A DNA stretch of 64,000 nt from a virus. The stretch lies in the IMG/VR virus record IMGVR_UViG_3300045988_042432; one strand, 5' to 3'. Below the pieces are notes generated by a model. That model was not told where the DNA came from. It searched no databases and saw nothing but the letters and a program-made list of their open reading frames with translations. Each line of letters starts with the position of its first letter. The stretch's first letter is position 1. Made by a program: the position numbers and the translations under genes. Positions 17,938-27,040 of the stretch are shown here, piece by piece.

Positions 17938-17997
17938 GACTCGGTGACGAGGTCTGTGGACAGATTACTTATTATTAATTCTAACAGCTATTAATTA

Positions 17998-18222
17998 ATG
18001 AGTAATTTACCAGCTGGAGCAGAACGTGACCCATTTGCTCCTTATAATGTAGAAGAGAAAGTCTTCAAAGTTGACATAAATGCTAAGGGATTAGCATGGT
18101 ATGAATATTACGGACATTTGGATATAGATGAAGCCATAGAAGCTATTAAGAGCAGAATACAAGCCGCACTTAGTAGCTTAGGAGATGTTGATATTAGTAC
18201 TGTTGATATTGAGGTTTCATGA
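17998..18222 (+). CDS. hypothetical protein
   Basis: 74-aa ORF preceded by a 60-nt AT-rich spacer. Confidence 0.5.
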   Translation: MSNLPAGAERDPFAPYNVEEKVFKVDINAKGLAWYEYYGHLDIDEAIEAIKSRIQAALSSLGDVDISTVDIEVS

Positions 18223-20357
18223 TATATCTAGTCAGTAATCAAAGGTCACTATTTGAAACTGACGCTTATAAGGAATTATCTCTATCTGATGCTATAGACA
18301 TGATTATGCCACATAGTTGGGTAGAATATGATTCAGAAACTGCTGGTTTAGACCCCTATACAAAACCATTACTGTGTACTCAGTATGGTTTAGGGGAAGA
18401 CCAAATAGTTGTTGACAATGTAACTATTCCAATTGAGAAGCTTAAATGTGTCCTTGAAGACCCTACTAAGACTTTCTTAGGTTGGAATATTGCATTTGAT
18501 TTAAGGTTTCTATATCACCATAAAATAGTTCCTTATAATGTATGGGATGGAATGATTGCTGAGAAGTTACTCTATCTTGGCTATCCTCCCCAGTTTCATA
18601 GTCTTTCTTTAAAAGCAGCAGCTGATAACTATCTTGGTATAGATATTGATAAAACTGTTCGAGGGCAGATTATCACTCAAGGATTAACCATACCAGTGGT
18701 ACAATATGCTGCTGGTGATGTTATGTATCTTACTAAGATTAAAGAGAAGCAAGATGCAGAATTAGAGAAGAAGGAATTAACTAAAGCTGCCGAATTTGAA
18801 ATGAAGTTTACCCCAGTAATTGCCTATATGGAATATTGTGGAGCTAAACTTGACCCAGTAAAATGGAAGCAGAAAATGATTCGAGATAAGGAGGAAGTTA
18901 ATAAAGCAGAAGCTAAGCTTAACGAGTGGGTTGAAAATTATTATAATGAACATAAATCTTCTGAAGGCTATATTAAAGCCTGCACAGAGGAAGTGGACAT
19001 TATGCATGAGAATCAACTATTTGACAAAGTAGGCCCTCATATGGGACAAATAAAGAGGGTTTGTAATCCACAAACTGGGCTAATTCATTATGAATATGAC
19101 AAACCTTTCCCATATGTTACCAAGAATCTACAAGGCGATTTGTTCAGTGGATTTGATGCTTCAGCTAAGTGTAACATTAACTGGTCTAGTAGTCAACAAG
19201 TAGTTCCACTATTTGAAATGTTGGGACTTAATTGTACTACCATTGATGCTAAAACTAAGCAGAAGAAGAAATCTGCTGATATTAAGTTGATAAAGCCACA
19301 AGCACATAAGTGTAGTATAGTTCCTCTTTATGTAGAATATAAGAAGGCTAAAATTCTAGTTGATACCTTTGGACAGAAGTTCATAGATAAAATTAATCCA
19401 GTAAGTGGTAGGATTCATCCAGACTATTTTCAATTAGGAGCTGATACTGGGCGGTTATCCGCTACTAACCCGTCTTTAATGAATTTGCCGCATGACCCAT
19501 TTACTAGGTCGTGTTTCATTTCTGATACTGGGTATAAATGGATTAGTTGTGATTATAAAGGACAGGAGTCTTTCTTAATGGCATCTATTGCCAATGATAA
19601 GGCGATGTTGGAAGAGCTTATCTATGGTAGTGGTGACTTACACAGTCTAACTGCCAGAATAGTATTTACAGACATCCCCGATGACACTCCACTATCTGAA
19701 GTTAAAGCTAAATATAAACCTCTTAGAGATGCTGCTAAAGGGTATGAATTTTGTTTTAATTATGGTGGAGATTGGAACACTTTAATGAAGAATTATGGTC
19801 TTACTAAGGCAAGAGCTCAAGAAGTATATAATAACTATATGTCTGGTTTCTCTGGACTAAAGAGATATCAGGAGTTTAGGAGAGAAGATGTCCTTGATAA
19901 GGGATATATCCTTCTTAATCCTATTACTAAGCATAAGGCATTTATATATGACTGGGACAATCTGTGTAAAATCGACGGTGAACTTGGGTCTCCTGAAGCT
20001 AAGTATATGCTAGGGCGTAGTGGGGACAATTATTATAAAACAAGCTCACAGCATTTGAGAAGAAGGTTATCTGATTCCATGAAGCAATCTATTAACTATC
20101 CGATACAACATGCTGGTTCTATGTGTTTCAAGTTGTCTGCAATTAAGTTCTTCAATTGGCTAAGGAAGAACAATCTGCTATTTATAGTTAAATATTGTGT
20201 TCCCGTACATGATGAACATAATGTTGAAGCACCGGATGATATTGCTGAAGAAGTAGGTAATGTACTAGTTAAATGTATGGAAAGTGGAGGCGAACCATTT
20301 TGTGTACGTGCTCATTTAGGTGCTGATATATCAATTGAAGACCATTGGGTACATTAA
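18219..20357 (+). CDS. family A DNA polymerase with 3'-5' exonuclease domain
   Basis: Exo I 'EYDSETAGL', motif A 'ISCDYKGQESF', motif B 'RDAAKGYEFCFNYGG', motif C 'VPVHDEHNVE'. Confidence 0.9.
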   Translation: MIYLVSNQRSLFETDAYKELSLSDAIDMIMPHSWVEYDSETAGLDPYTKPLLCTQYGLGEDQIVVDNVTIPIEKLKCVLEDPTKTFLGWNIAFDLRFLYHHKIVPYNVWDGMIAEKLLYLGYPPQFHSLSLKAAADNYLGIDIDKTVRGQIITQGLTIPVVQYAAGDVMYLTKIKEKQDAELEKKELTKAAEFEMKFTPVIAYMEYCGAKLDPVKWKQKMIRDKEEVNKAEAKLNEWVENYYNEHKSSEGYIKACTEEVDIMHENQLFDKVGPHMGQIKRVCNPQTGLIHYEYDKPFPYVTKNLQGDLFSGFDASAKCNINWSSSQQVVPLFEMLGLNCTTIDAKTKQKKKSADIKLIKPQAHKCSIVPLYVEYKKAKILVDTFGQKFIDKINPVSGRIHPDYFQLGADTGRLSATNPSLMNLPHDPFTRSCFISDTGYKWISCDYKGQESFLMASIANDKAMLEELIYGSGDLHSLTARIVFTDIPDDTPLSEVKAKYKPLRDAAKGYEFCFNYGGDWNTLMKNYGLTKARAQEVYNNYMSGFSGLKRYQEFRREDVLDKGYILLNPITKHKAFIYDWDNLCKIDGELGSPEAKYMLGRSGDNYYKTSSQHLRRRLSDSMKQSINYPIQHAGSMCFKLSAIKFFNWLRKNNLLFIVKYCVPVHDEHNVEAPDDIAEEVGNVLVKCMESGGEPFCVRAHLGADISIEDHWVH

Positions 20358-20358
20358 T

Positions 20359-20829
20359 ATGATTGAAGTTGAAAGAAAGTATTTAGTGAAAAACAATAGC
20401 TATAAGATGCAGGCTCAAAGAGCAGGATTGATAGTCCAGGGTTATCTTGGAGACAATCCTCTCTCTGAAACTAGGATAGCTATTAGGGACAATCATGGTT
20501 GGCTATTTATTAAAGCTAAGGGAACCCTTAGTCGTTTTGAATGGCAACAAGAAATCCCATTGTATGAAGCACAGGAGCTTCTAAAGTTCTGTCCTAATAT
20601 TATCCGTAAGGTACGCTACATAGTATATCACATGGGTAACAAATGGGAAATTGATGAGTTCTTAGGAGAGAATGAAGGGTTAGTAATTGCCGAGTGTGAG
20701 TTATCACAGGCAACTCTCAACCCTCCTCTGCCTGATTTTGTAGGAGAAGAGGTTACAGAAGATACTAAGTATTATAACTATAACCTCGCGTCTAACCCTT
20801 ATATGAACTGGGACGATGACTCTGAATGA
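20359..20829 (+). CDS. CYTH-domain protein (triphosphate tunnel metalloenzyme family)
   Basis: 'MIEVERKYLV' (ExExK), 'IVQGYL', 'RIAIRD', 'FIKAKG', 'WEIDEFLGENEGLVIAECE' and 'EEVTEDTKYYNYNLA'. The ATG at 20359 lies just after the polymerase stop. Confidence 0.8.
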   Translation: MIEVERKYLVKNNSYKMQAQRAGLIVQGYLGDNPLSETRIAIRDNHGWLFIKAKGTLSRFEWQQEIPLYEAQELLKFCPNIIRKVRYIVYHMGNKWEIDEFLGENEGLVIAECELSQATLNPPLPDFVGEEVTEDTKYYNYNLASNPYMNWDDDSE

Positions 20830-21226
20830 TTTAGAGAATACAATGGTTGTTCAGATGAGAAATCAACAACTGTATCTAGTAATCACTGATTGCTTACCGC
20901 CTAATGCTTCTGAGAATAAAGACATTGTATTCTTGAGCCGGGGTGGCTATATGCAAGGTACATCATATACTTTTAATATGCTCATGAATACTGATAATGA
21001 ACTTTATCGGGAATGGGACATAATGAAGGTATTTAAGAGAGTGTACAGTAACTTTGACCAAAATCACAGAGCACCTTACAGTTTAAAACATCTTGATAGT
21101 ATGCTCGACCTAGTATGTATATGGGATAGAGAGAAAGATGCCTGTCAAGAGGAGGAGATAGTCAATGATAATGACTTTGTCTCCGAACAAGATGAATATA
21201 GTTCTAAAGAAGTAAAATTCTATTAA
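20816..21226 (+). CDS. hypothetical protein
   Basis: 136-aa ORF. Confidence 0.5.
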   Translation: MTLNDLENTMVVQMRNQQLYLVITDCLPPNASENKDIVFLSRGGYMQGTSYTFNMLMNTDNELYREWDIMKVFKRVYSNFDQNHRAPYSLKHLDSMLDLVCIWDREKDACQEEEIVNDNDFVSEQDEYSSKEVKFY

Positions 21227-21438
21227 TGGCTTATTTCGTTGAAGCTGATGACGGGTTTGCAATTAATTTAGACGCAGTTGCTTACTTCAATGATGAATTT
21301 GTAAGGTTTGTTAACGATTGGAAGATGGAGATAAGTACCAAAACTTATCATCTACTAAGAGATTATGTTCATTGCAAATCTAAAGAAGTAGAATTAAAGC
21401 TTAATGCGCCTAATCAAACCGAAAGTAGAACTTATTAA
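21226..21438 (+). CDS. hypothetical protein
   Basis: 70-aa ORF with a TAATG overlap. Confidence 0.45.
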   Translation: MAYFVEADDGFAINLDAVAYFNDEFVRFVNDWKMEISTKTYHLLRDYVHCKSKEVELKLNAPNQTESRTY

Positions 21439-22318
21439 CCAGGAACCAGGTGTTGAAGGTCTATTCAAACACATGGAACTGTGTGCAAGGACTTGTTATA
21501 AGTCTGAAGACAAGATAACAGAAGACAGTGCTAAGAAGTTTATTAATAATGTCATTATAGCTAGAGGACATACTGCTATGCTAGAGCATGGTACTGTATA
21601 TCTCATGATTGATTGCTCTGGAAGGCTGCTTGATGTTGCAAATAAGTATGTCAACAACAAGTATTCCGAATGGACCTTACATCTTGATGGAGTGCATTAT
21701 TGTATCACGACCAACTATAGAGTGTTACTCCAAAATGGTTGGCTTGAGGACTTGCAATACTTGTGTGAACCTACAGAATATCACGTTAAACGTGTCACTG
21801 TAAGGTTTATATGTGATATGGGAGTTGCTAGAGAGTTCTGTAGACACAGACTATTTAGCTTCGCTCAAGAAAGTACTAGGTATTGCAATTACTCTAAGGC
21901 TAAGTTTGGTAAGGAATTAAATTGTATAATACCGTGCTGGTATAAGAATATGTTCGAGGGTAATTCATATAATATAGAACTATGTCATACTTATGATTTA
22001 ACTATATCTGAAGGATTGTCTCGAACTGAAGCTGCATGGATACAAGCTATGTGTGAGGCAGAAAGTACATATTTCGGATTGTTGACAGAGGGCGAGCCTG
22101 CTCAACAAGCTAGAAATGTACTACCTTTAGCATTAAAGACAGAATTAATAATGACTGGCACTGTTGAACAATGGATAGAGTTCTTGAAATTGAGATGTGC
22201 AAATGATGCTCATCCGCAGGCAAGAGAACTTGCAATTGAATTACGAGATAGATTACTGTTGGATGACTATATAGATATTGATGCAGAAGGGAATCTACAA
22301 GTATCGAACAGATACTAG
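21404..22318 (+). CDS. thyX: flavin-dependent thymidylate synthase ThyX
   Basis: ThyX signature '[14 protein letters not shown]' (RHRxxSxxxxSxRY) and a C-terminal 'LRC...AHPQ' region. Confidence 0.9.
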   Translation: MRLIKPKVELINQEPGVEGLFKHMELCARTCYKSEDKITEDSAKKFINNVIIARGHTAMLEHGTVYLMIDCSGRLLDVANKYVNNKYSEWTLHLDGVHYCITTNYRVLLQNGWLEDLQYLCEPTEYHVKRVTVRFICDMGVAREFCRHRLFSFAQESTRYCNYSKAKFGKELNCIIPCWYKNMFEGNSYNIELCHTYDLTISEGLSRTEAAWIQAMCEAESTYFGLLTEGEPAQQARNVLPLALKTELIMTGTVEQWIEFLKLRCANDAHPQARELAIELRDRLLLDDYIDIDAEGNLQVSNRY

Positions 22319-22613
22319 GAGATATAAGCGAGAACTTCATAAGGAAGAGGCAAAACTCCTAGACTACAAGATGCACTTAGTTATCAGATTTGTATTATTC
22401 TTAAAGTATCTAATCACATTCAGAATGCAGGATGCCAAAGACGCACTAGACATGGACAAGGAATTGTCGAAAGAGGAAGAAGCATTGCTAAGGAAACATC
22501 TTGCTAACTTTCTAAGAAGAGAACCGTATGTTAGACCTTACCCTAAGATAGGTCGTAATGCCCCTTGTCCATGTGGCAGTGGCAAGAAATATAAACATTG
22601 TTGTGGAAGATGA
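22281..22613 (+). CDS. SEC-C motif protein
   Basis: C-terminal '[19 protein letters not shown]' is a SEC-C metal-binding motif. The start is uncertain; ATGs at 22281, 22371 and 22425 are all possible. Confidence 0.5.
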   Translation: MQKGIYKYRTDTRRYKRELHKEEAKLLDYKMHLVIRFVLFLKYLITFRMQDAKDALDMDKELSKEEEALLRKHLANFLRREPYVRPYPKIGRNAPCPCGSGKKYKHCCGR

Positions 22614-23209
22614 CAGATAAGTTTAAATTTGACCCAGAGCATACGTTCTTTACGTCAGATACACATTTTGGTCATGCTAACATTATCAATCTGTGCAATC
22701 GTCCATTTAAGGATGTAAACCATATGAATGATATGTTAGTTGAGAACTGGAATAGTGTGGTTACTGACGATGATACAGTCTTCCATTTGGGAGATTTTGC
22801 TCTAGGTGGTAGTGCAGTATGGAGTAATGTTTTGTCTCGTCTAAAAGGCAAGATTTACCTCATATTGGGAAACCATGACAGGAAGAACATAAGACAAGGT
22901 TACATGGGTAAGTTTGAGATAGTGGTCCCCCAAATGCAGATTTCGATAGAGACTCGTAGTATATACTTAAATCACTATCCGTTTCTGTGTTATGGTGGAA
23001 TATATCGTAAACCAGAGGATGCCGTATGGCAGCTATTTGGACATGTACATTCAGGCCCAAATAGTGCTGGAGCTGATGCAGCTAGACTGCCTTATTTACT
23101 TCCGACTCAGTATGATGTAGGAGTTGATAATAATAATTACACTCCTGTATCTTATGCTCAAGTTAAATGTATAATTAATAAGCAAGTGAATGAAGCGCAG
23201 GAATCTTAG
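22610..23209 (+). CDS. calcineurin-like metallophosphoesterase
   Basis: '[10 protein letters not shown]', 'HLGDF', 'LGNHD' and 'GHVHSG'. The ATG at 22610 overlaps the upstream TGA. Confidence 0.8.
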   Translation: MTDKFKFDPEHTFFTSDTHFGHANIINLCNRPFKDVNHMNDMLVENWNSVVTDDDTVFHLGDFALGGSAVWSNVLSRLKGKIYLILGNHDRKNIRQGYMGKFEIVVPQMQISIETRSIYLNHYPFLCYGGIYRKPEDAVWQLFGHVHSGPNSAGADAARLPYLLPTQYDVGVDNNNYTPVSYAQVKCIINKQVNEAQES

Positions 23210-23399
23210 TGGGATATTCATCTTCGATAAGTTAGAAGGAGAGGAGAAGCCTACTCCTACTTGTCTCGAAGATTGCACTCCAGAGACTAGACTTAAATGG
23301 CTAGAGGGACTGGAGAAAGGAGCTCTCATAAATTGCATAGAGCATTTGTGTGAGACTATCAACGAATTTAGTGAATTGTTGGACATTTATAAAGAATAA
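23190..23399 (+). CDS. hypothetical protein
   Basis: 69-aa ORF. Confidence 0.45.
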   Translation: MKRRNLSGIFIFDKLEGEEKPTPTCLEDCTPETRLKWLEGLEKGALINCIEHLCETINEFSELLDIYKE

Positions 23400-23404
23400 G
23401 CATT

Positions 23405-23812
23405 ATGGCTAAAATTATTAGTAGCAAAAAGAAGTATGTTCCAGTTAAGGACTTAAAGGTGTATCCTAGTAATAAGGAAACTATTGAAGTAATTCCCGAT
23501 GATGGATTCAATGGAGCTCATCGTTACCGTGCCCAAATGTGTGCTGGTTTTGTTAATGGCAAAACCAAGTATGTGGATGCTACTGACACAATTCAGTTTG
23601 TCCACAAGCACGAAGACGGTACAGTAACTCCAGGGTGGCAATCAGAACAACTTGCCCTTATCCTGCTTGACAGAGTAAAGAAGTTGAATGAGAAGTTCCC
23701 TTGTGAGCAAAATGCTAAACAAGTTGCTGCTCTAGAAGCTTACCTTGACGCTTGTAAGGAGAGAATTGATGACAGGCTTAACCGTAACGTAATGGGAGAC
23801 TTGAAGGAATGA
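23405..23812 (+). CDS. hypothetical protein
   Basis: 135-aa ORF. Confidence 0.55.
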   Translation: MAKIISSKKKYVPVKDLKVYPSNKETIEVIPDDGFNGAHRYRAQMCAGFVNGKTKYVDATDTIQFVHKHEDGTVTPGWQSEQLALILLDRVKKLNEKFPCEQNAKQVAALEAYLDACKERIDDRLNRNVMGDLKE

Positions 23813-24021
23813 AAGTTGAAGTGAATAGAAATGACGAAATGCCAAAAGCAGGAGACCTAGTAATAGACGAGCTTGGAAATATTGGCATCCTAATGCACAA
23901 TGGTTATATTTGGCTTCTTAAGCATTCAGGAAAGCCTGTAGACGTTCCAACCCTAGTAAGTTACACTGATTCCGACAAATTGTACAAGTTTGAGGGAACT
24001 GTGACTCTTAGTAATGATTAA
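23809..24021 (+). CDS. hypothetical protein
   Basis: 70-aa ORF with an overlapping start. Confidence 0.45.
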   Translation: MKVEVNRNDEMPKAGDLVIDELGNIGILMHNGYIWLLKHSGKPVDVPTLVSYTDSDKLYKFEGTVTLSND

Positions 24022-24241
24022 GACTTATTACTATGCAATAGATAAAGATGGGCAGGGTTGGTATTACGACAACCCGCCTATCTTTGACGGTGAAAGCTGG
24101 AATGTGGACCCTACGTATGACTGCTTAGAATGTATGGGAGCTGTTAATGATTTACATCCTGCAAATCTATTTAGCTTTCCAATTCCGGAAGATATGACGT
24201 ATGAAGATGAACCTATAAAATTTGAAATATGTCTAAAGTAG
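24014..24241 (+). CDS. small paralog family member 1
   Basis: 'TYYYAIDKDGQGWYYDNPP...ESWN...EPIKFEICLK'. Similar to the ORFs at 24497, 24748 and 25002. Confidence 0.5.
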   Translation: MIKTYYYAIDKDGQGWYYDNPPIFDGESWNVDPTYDCLECMGAVNDLHPANLFSFPIPEDMTYEDEPIKFEICLK

Positions 24242-24516
24242 TTACAGTTCACGGGCATACTCTAGAATTAGATATGGGGCCTTCTTGTCCAAATCCTGGG
24301 ATAAGAAGACAGCTGGACGCTAAAGGTGAGCCTTACATGTGCACATCTGACCTGACCACTTGGATAGGGATAGACGGGGATTGGTATCGTATATACAAAC
24401 CTAGTATAACCTTAGAGTGGCCTGGTATTTTAGAACTGGCTGAAACTGAAGACGAGTTATTAGATTATTTAGAGGACGTATCTGAATTTACTAGAAATGA
24501 GAAAGGAAATAACTAA
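24229..24516 (+). CDS. hypothetical protein
   Basis: 95-aa ORF. Confidence 0.45.
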   Translation: MSKVVTVHGHTLELDMGPSCPNPGIRRQLDAKGEPYMCTSDLTTWIGIDGDWYRIYKPSITLEWPGILELAETEDELLDYLEDVSEFTRNEKGNN

Positions 24517-24751
24517 CCCAGTGGGTAAGTGGTGGGTAGTCGCCAATAGATGTGGAGACCTTCATGTAACCGATGGTGACATGCCGGAGAAAGCTGGCAG
24601 CGGTTGGCAAGGAATGAATAACGACTATGAGTGGACTTCTGCCACAGATGATGTATTTAAAGACTGTGTTATTCCAGCTACTACATTTGATAAAGGCCCA
24701 CTACAATTTGAGATTGATGAACAGTTAAACACAACTTGGTATAAAGAATGA
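24497..24751 (+). CDS. small paralog family member 2
   Basis: 'GKWWVVANRCGDLH...GWQG...GPLQFEIDEQ'. Confidence 0.45.
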   Translation: MRKEITNPVGKWWVVANRCGDLHVTDGDMPEKAGSGWQGMNNDYEWTSATDDVFKDCVIPATTFDKGPLQFEIDEQLNTTWYKE

Positions 24752-24999
24752 AACGATTTTGGTGTTGTAGAGACTTAGAAGGAGCTGCTAACGAGGAAGT
24801 ATTTCTGTTTGTTGGAGAAGAACCACCAATTATGGACGATGATGGTGAGTGGGTAGACCCAAGAAAAGAAGGTCTGTTTTGGTCGGAAGAAGACTTCAAT
24901 TTTGACTTCGATAAACTTCTAGGAACCGTTAAGTTCCCTGAGTTAAATAAAGGTGAACGGATTGAGATGAATCTTCAGTTTGAATTTGGAATTAAGTAA
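24748..24999 (+). CDS. small paralog family member 3
   Basis: 'RFWCCRDLEG...GEWVDP...GERIEMNLQFEF'. Confidence 0.45.
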   Translation: MKRFWCCRDLEGAANEEVFLFVGEEPPIMDDDGEWVDPRKEGLFWSEEDFNFDFDKLLGTVKFPELNKGERIEMNLQFEFGIK

Positions 25000-25001
25000 C
25001 T

Positions 25002-25244
25002 ATGCGTTATTGGTATTGTATAGACAACAACGGCAATAAGTGGCTTTACGAAGGGTCAGTGGCTCCAGTTAAATATGATGATGAATGGAATACTTCTGAT
25101 GAAGAGACAGATGACTCTACTTGGATAGGAGAGTTCGATTTAAGAGCTACCTATGGTGTAGGTTTTGTTGAATCACTTCCAGATATTGCTAATGGTGAGA
25201 TGACTGAAATACGGATTAAATATACAGCCGAGAAATGCGAATAG
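25002..25244 (+). CDS. small paralog family member 4
   Basis: 'RYWYCIDNNGNKWLYEG...DEWN...GEMTEIRIKY'. Confidence 0.5.
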   Translation: MRYWYCIDNNGNKWLYEGSVAPVKYDDEWNTSDEETDDSTWIGEFDLRATYGVGFVESLPDIANGEMTEIRIKYTAEKCE

Positions 25245-25939
25245 GAGTTACATCTGATTTACACGGAGTACTTCCCGCAGTTGAAGAATGTGATATATTT
25301 CTCATCTGTGGAGATATCATGCCGTTAAATATACAACTAAACATGCCTAAATCTAGGCTATGGCTTCAAAATACGTTTATTCCATGGGCTAATGGGTTAC
25401 CATGTAAACATGTAGTATTCATAGCTGGTAATCATGACTTCTGGTTTGAAAGAAATGGAGGTTTGGAACCAGATATGTACAACATGTTTCATAAGCCTAC
25501 TGACGGCAAATTGGTGTATCTACATAATAAGTCTTGGGAATATGAGCATGAAATCGAGCCAGGAGTATTCAAGAAGTTTAAAATCTTCGGAACTCCCTAC
25601 TGTAAGCAATTTGGTAATTGGGCGTTCATGAGAGAGCCTGAACGCCTGGAAGCTAAGTATGCTCATATGCCTAGTGATTGTGATATTCTTATATCTCACG
25701 ATGCTCCTAGACTACTTGGGCTAGGTGAGATACATGAAGGAGCGTGGGCAGGAGAAGATGCGGGTAATACATGGTTAGCCGATGAAATCATGCGTAAACA
25801 ACCTAAACATTGTTTCTGCGGACACATTCACAGTGGATGTCATGGAATACAGGAATTTAATGGCATGAAGTTCTCTAACGTATCGTTAGTAAATGAAGAT
25901 TATGTAGTTTCTTACAAACCTCTATATTTGAATGTTTAA
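25235..25939 (+). CDS. calcineurin-like metallophosphoesterase (second copy, different subfamily)
   Basis: 'GVTSDLHG', 'ICGDI', 'AGNHDFW', 'ISHDAP' and 'CGHIHSG'. Confidence 0.8.
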   Translation: MRIGVTSDLHGVLPAVEECDIFLICGDIMPLNIQLNMPKSRLWLQNTFIPWANGLPCKHVVFIAGNHDFWFERNGGLEPDMYNMFHKPTDGKLVYLHNKSWEYEHEIEPGVFKKFKIFGTPYCKQFGNWAFMREPERLEAKYAHMPSDCDILISHDAPRLLGLGEIHEGAWAGEDAGNTWLADEIMRKQPKHCFCGHIHSGCHGIQEFNGMKFSNVSLVNEDYVVSYKPLYLNV

Positions 25940-26171
25940 AAGGATGCCAACTGAAAAGGTAGTTTATACATCTGGCGGCTCTAGCCTATTAACTGCTATA
26001 GCCATAGTATTTGTAATTCTTAAATTAACAGGAACAACTGCTGTTGCAACATGGTCATGGTGGTGGGTACTTGCTCCATTATGGCTGCCAGTAGTCTTCG
26101 CTATAGGTATTGTATTAGTGTTACTTCTAATACTGCTAATAGTTGCCGCAATAGCAGCGTGTTCTAAATAA
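25932..26171 (+). CDS. small membrane protein
   Basis: Hydrophobic segments 'LLTAIAIVFVILKL' and 'WWWVLAPLWLPVVFAIGIVLVLLLILLIVAAIAAC'. Confidence 0.5.
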   Translation: MFKRMPTEKVVYTSGGSSLLTAIAIVFVILKLTGTTAVATWSWWWVLAPLWLPVVFAIGIVLVLLLILLIVAAIAACSK

Positions 26172-26174
26172 AGT

Positions 26175-26753
26175 ATGGATAAGATTTTATTAATTGTAGA
26201 CCCACAGGTGGATTTCATCAGTGGGTCTTTAGCTGTGGAAGGAGCTAAGGAGAAGATAGATGCTCTTGCTAGTGCATTACAGAACGGTGAAATTGACTGT
26301 GACTATGTAATGGTTACTAAGGACTTTCACCCATCTAACCACTGCTCCTTTAAAGAGAACGGAGGCCAATGGCCTCCACATTGTGTTAAAGGTACTACTG
26401 GTAGTTGTATATATGCCCCACTATGGAGTGTAATATGCAACTACGCCTATCGTAAAGATACAGACATCTTTATTAAAGGAGATAGTCCTGACAAAGAAGA
26501 GTATAGTATCTTTGATAATCTAGAAAGTCTTTCTGTTATATCAGACATATTACTTGATTTTGAGTCTGACCCAGACAATGAGATTAGAGTAGTTGGTATA
26601 GCTGGTGATTATTGTGTGCATGAAACTATATGTGACTTGATAGCTATGGGCTATAAAGATAACATTGTAGTAGACACTAAGTATATTGCATCCATAGATG
26701 GTGGAGATAAACTTGCTAATTTAATTAAAAACTGTGGTTTAAAATGGGATTAA
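26175..26753 (+). CDS. pncA: nicotinamidase (isochorismatase family), PncA-like
   Basis: 'LLIVDPQVDF' (catalytic Asp), 'DFHPSNHCSF' (metal site D-x-H-x-x-x-H-x-S-F) and 'GIAGDYCV' (nucleophile Cys). Confidence 0.85.
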   Translation: MDKILLIVDPQVDFISGSLAVEGAKEKIDALASALQNGEIDCDYVMVTKDFHPSNHCSFKENGGQWPPHCVKGTTGSCIYAPLWSVICNYAYRKDTDIFIKGDSPDKEEYSIFDNLESLSVISDILLDFESDPDNEIRVVGIAGDYCVHETICDLIAMGYKDNIVVDTKYIASIDGGDKLANLIKNCGLKWD

Positions 26754-27040
26754 TTTATTCAGTATCGGTTTTGTTCTTCACATTCATGATATTTAGAATG
26801 TATCTAAAGAAGGACATTAGACCCTATATGACAAGTAGAGTGGTTACTTTACTCACAATTCTAGGGTTGTTGCCTTATGTAAATACGGTAATTATAATTG
26901 CAACTCTCGGTGATGCTGTTGTTAAATTCAATGAATACAGGAATCTTACTAAGCAAGAGAGGACAGACAGAATGATAGAATCATTGCAGCTCATTGACTT
27001 AGCAATGGAGAGATTAATTGATAAATTTAAAGAGAAATGA
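26744..27040 (+). CDS. small membrane protein
   Basis: Two hydrophobic helices, then a charged helical tail. Overlaps pncA and pncB at both ends. Confidence 0.5.
   Translation: MGLIYSVSVLFFTFMIFRMYLKKDIRPYMTSRVVTLLTILGLLPYVNTVIIIATLGDAVVKFNEYRNLTKQERTDRMIESLQLIDLAMERLIDKFKEK

Noticed and set aside
17938-17954. Small hairpin GACTCG-GTGA-CGAGGTC (GNRA loop, one bulge) after the ORF ending at 17937, considered as a terminator.
   Set aside because: The stem is short and imperfect and no T-run follows. This is not enough for a terminator call.
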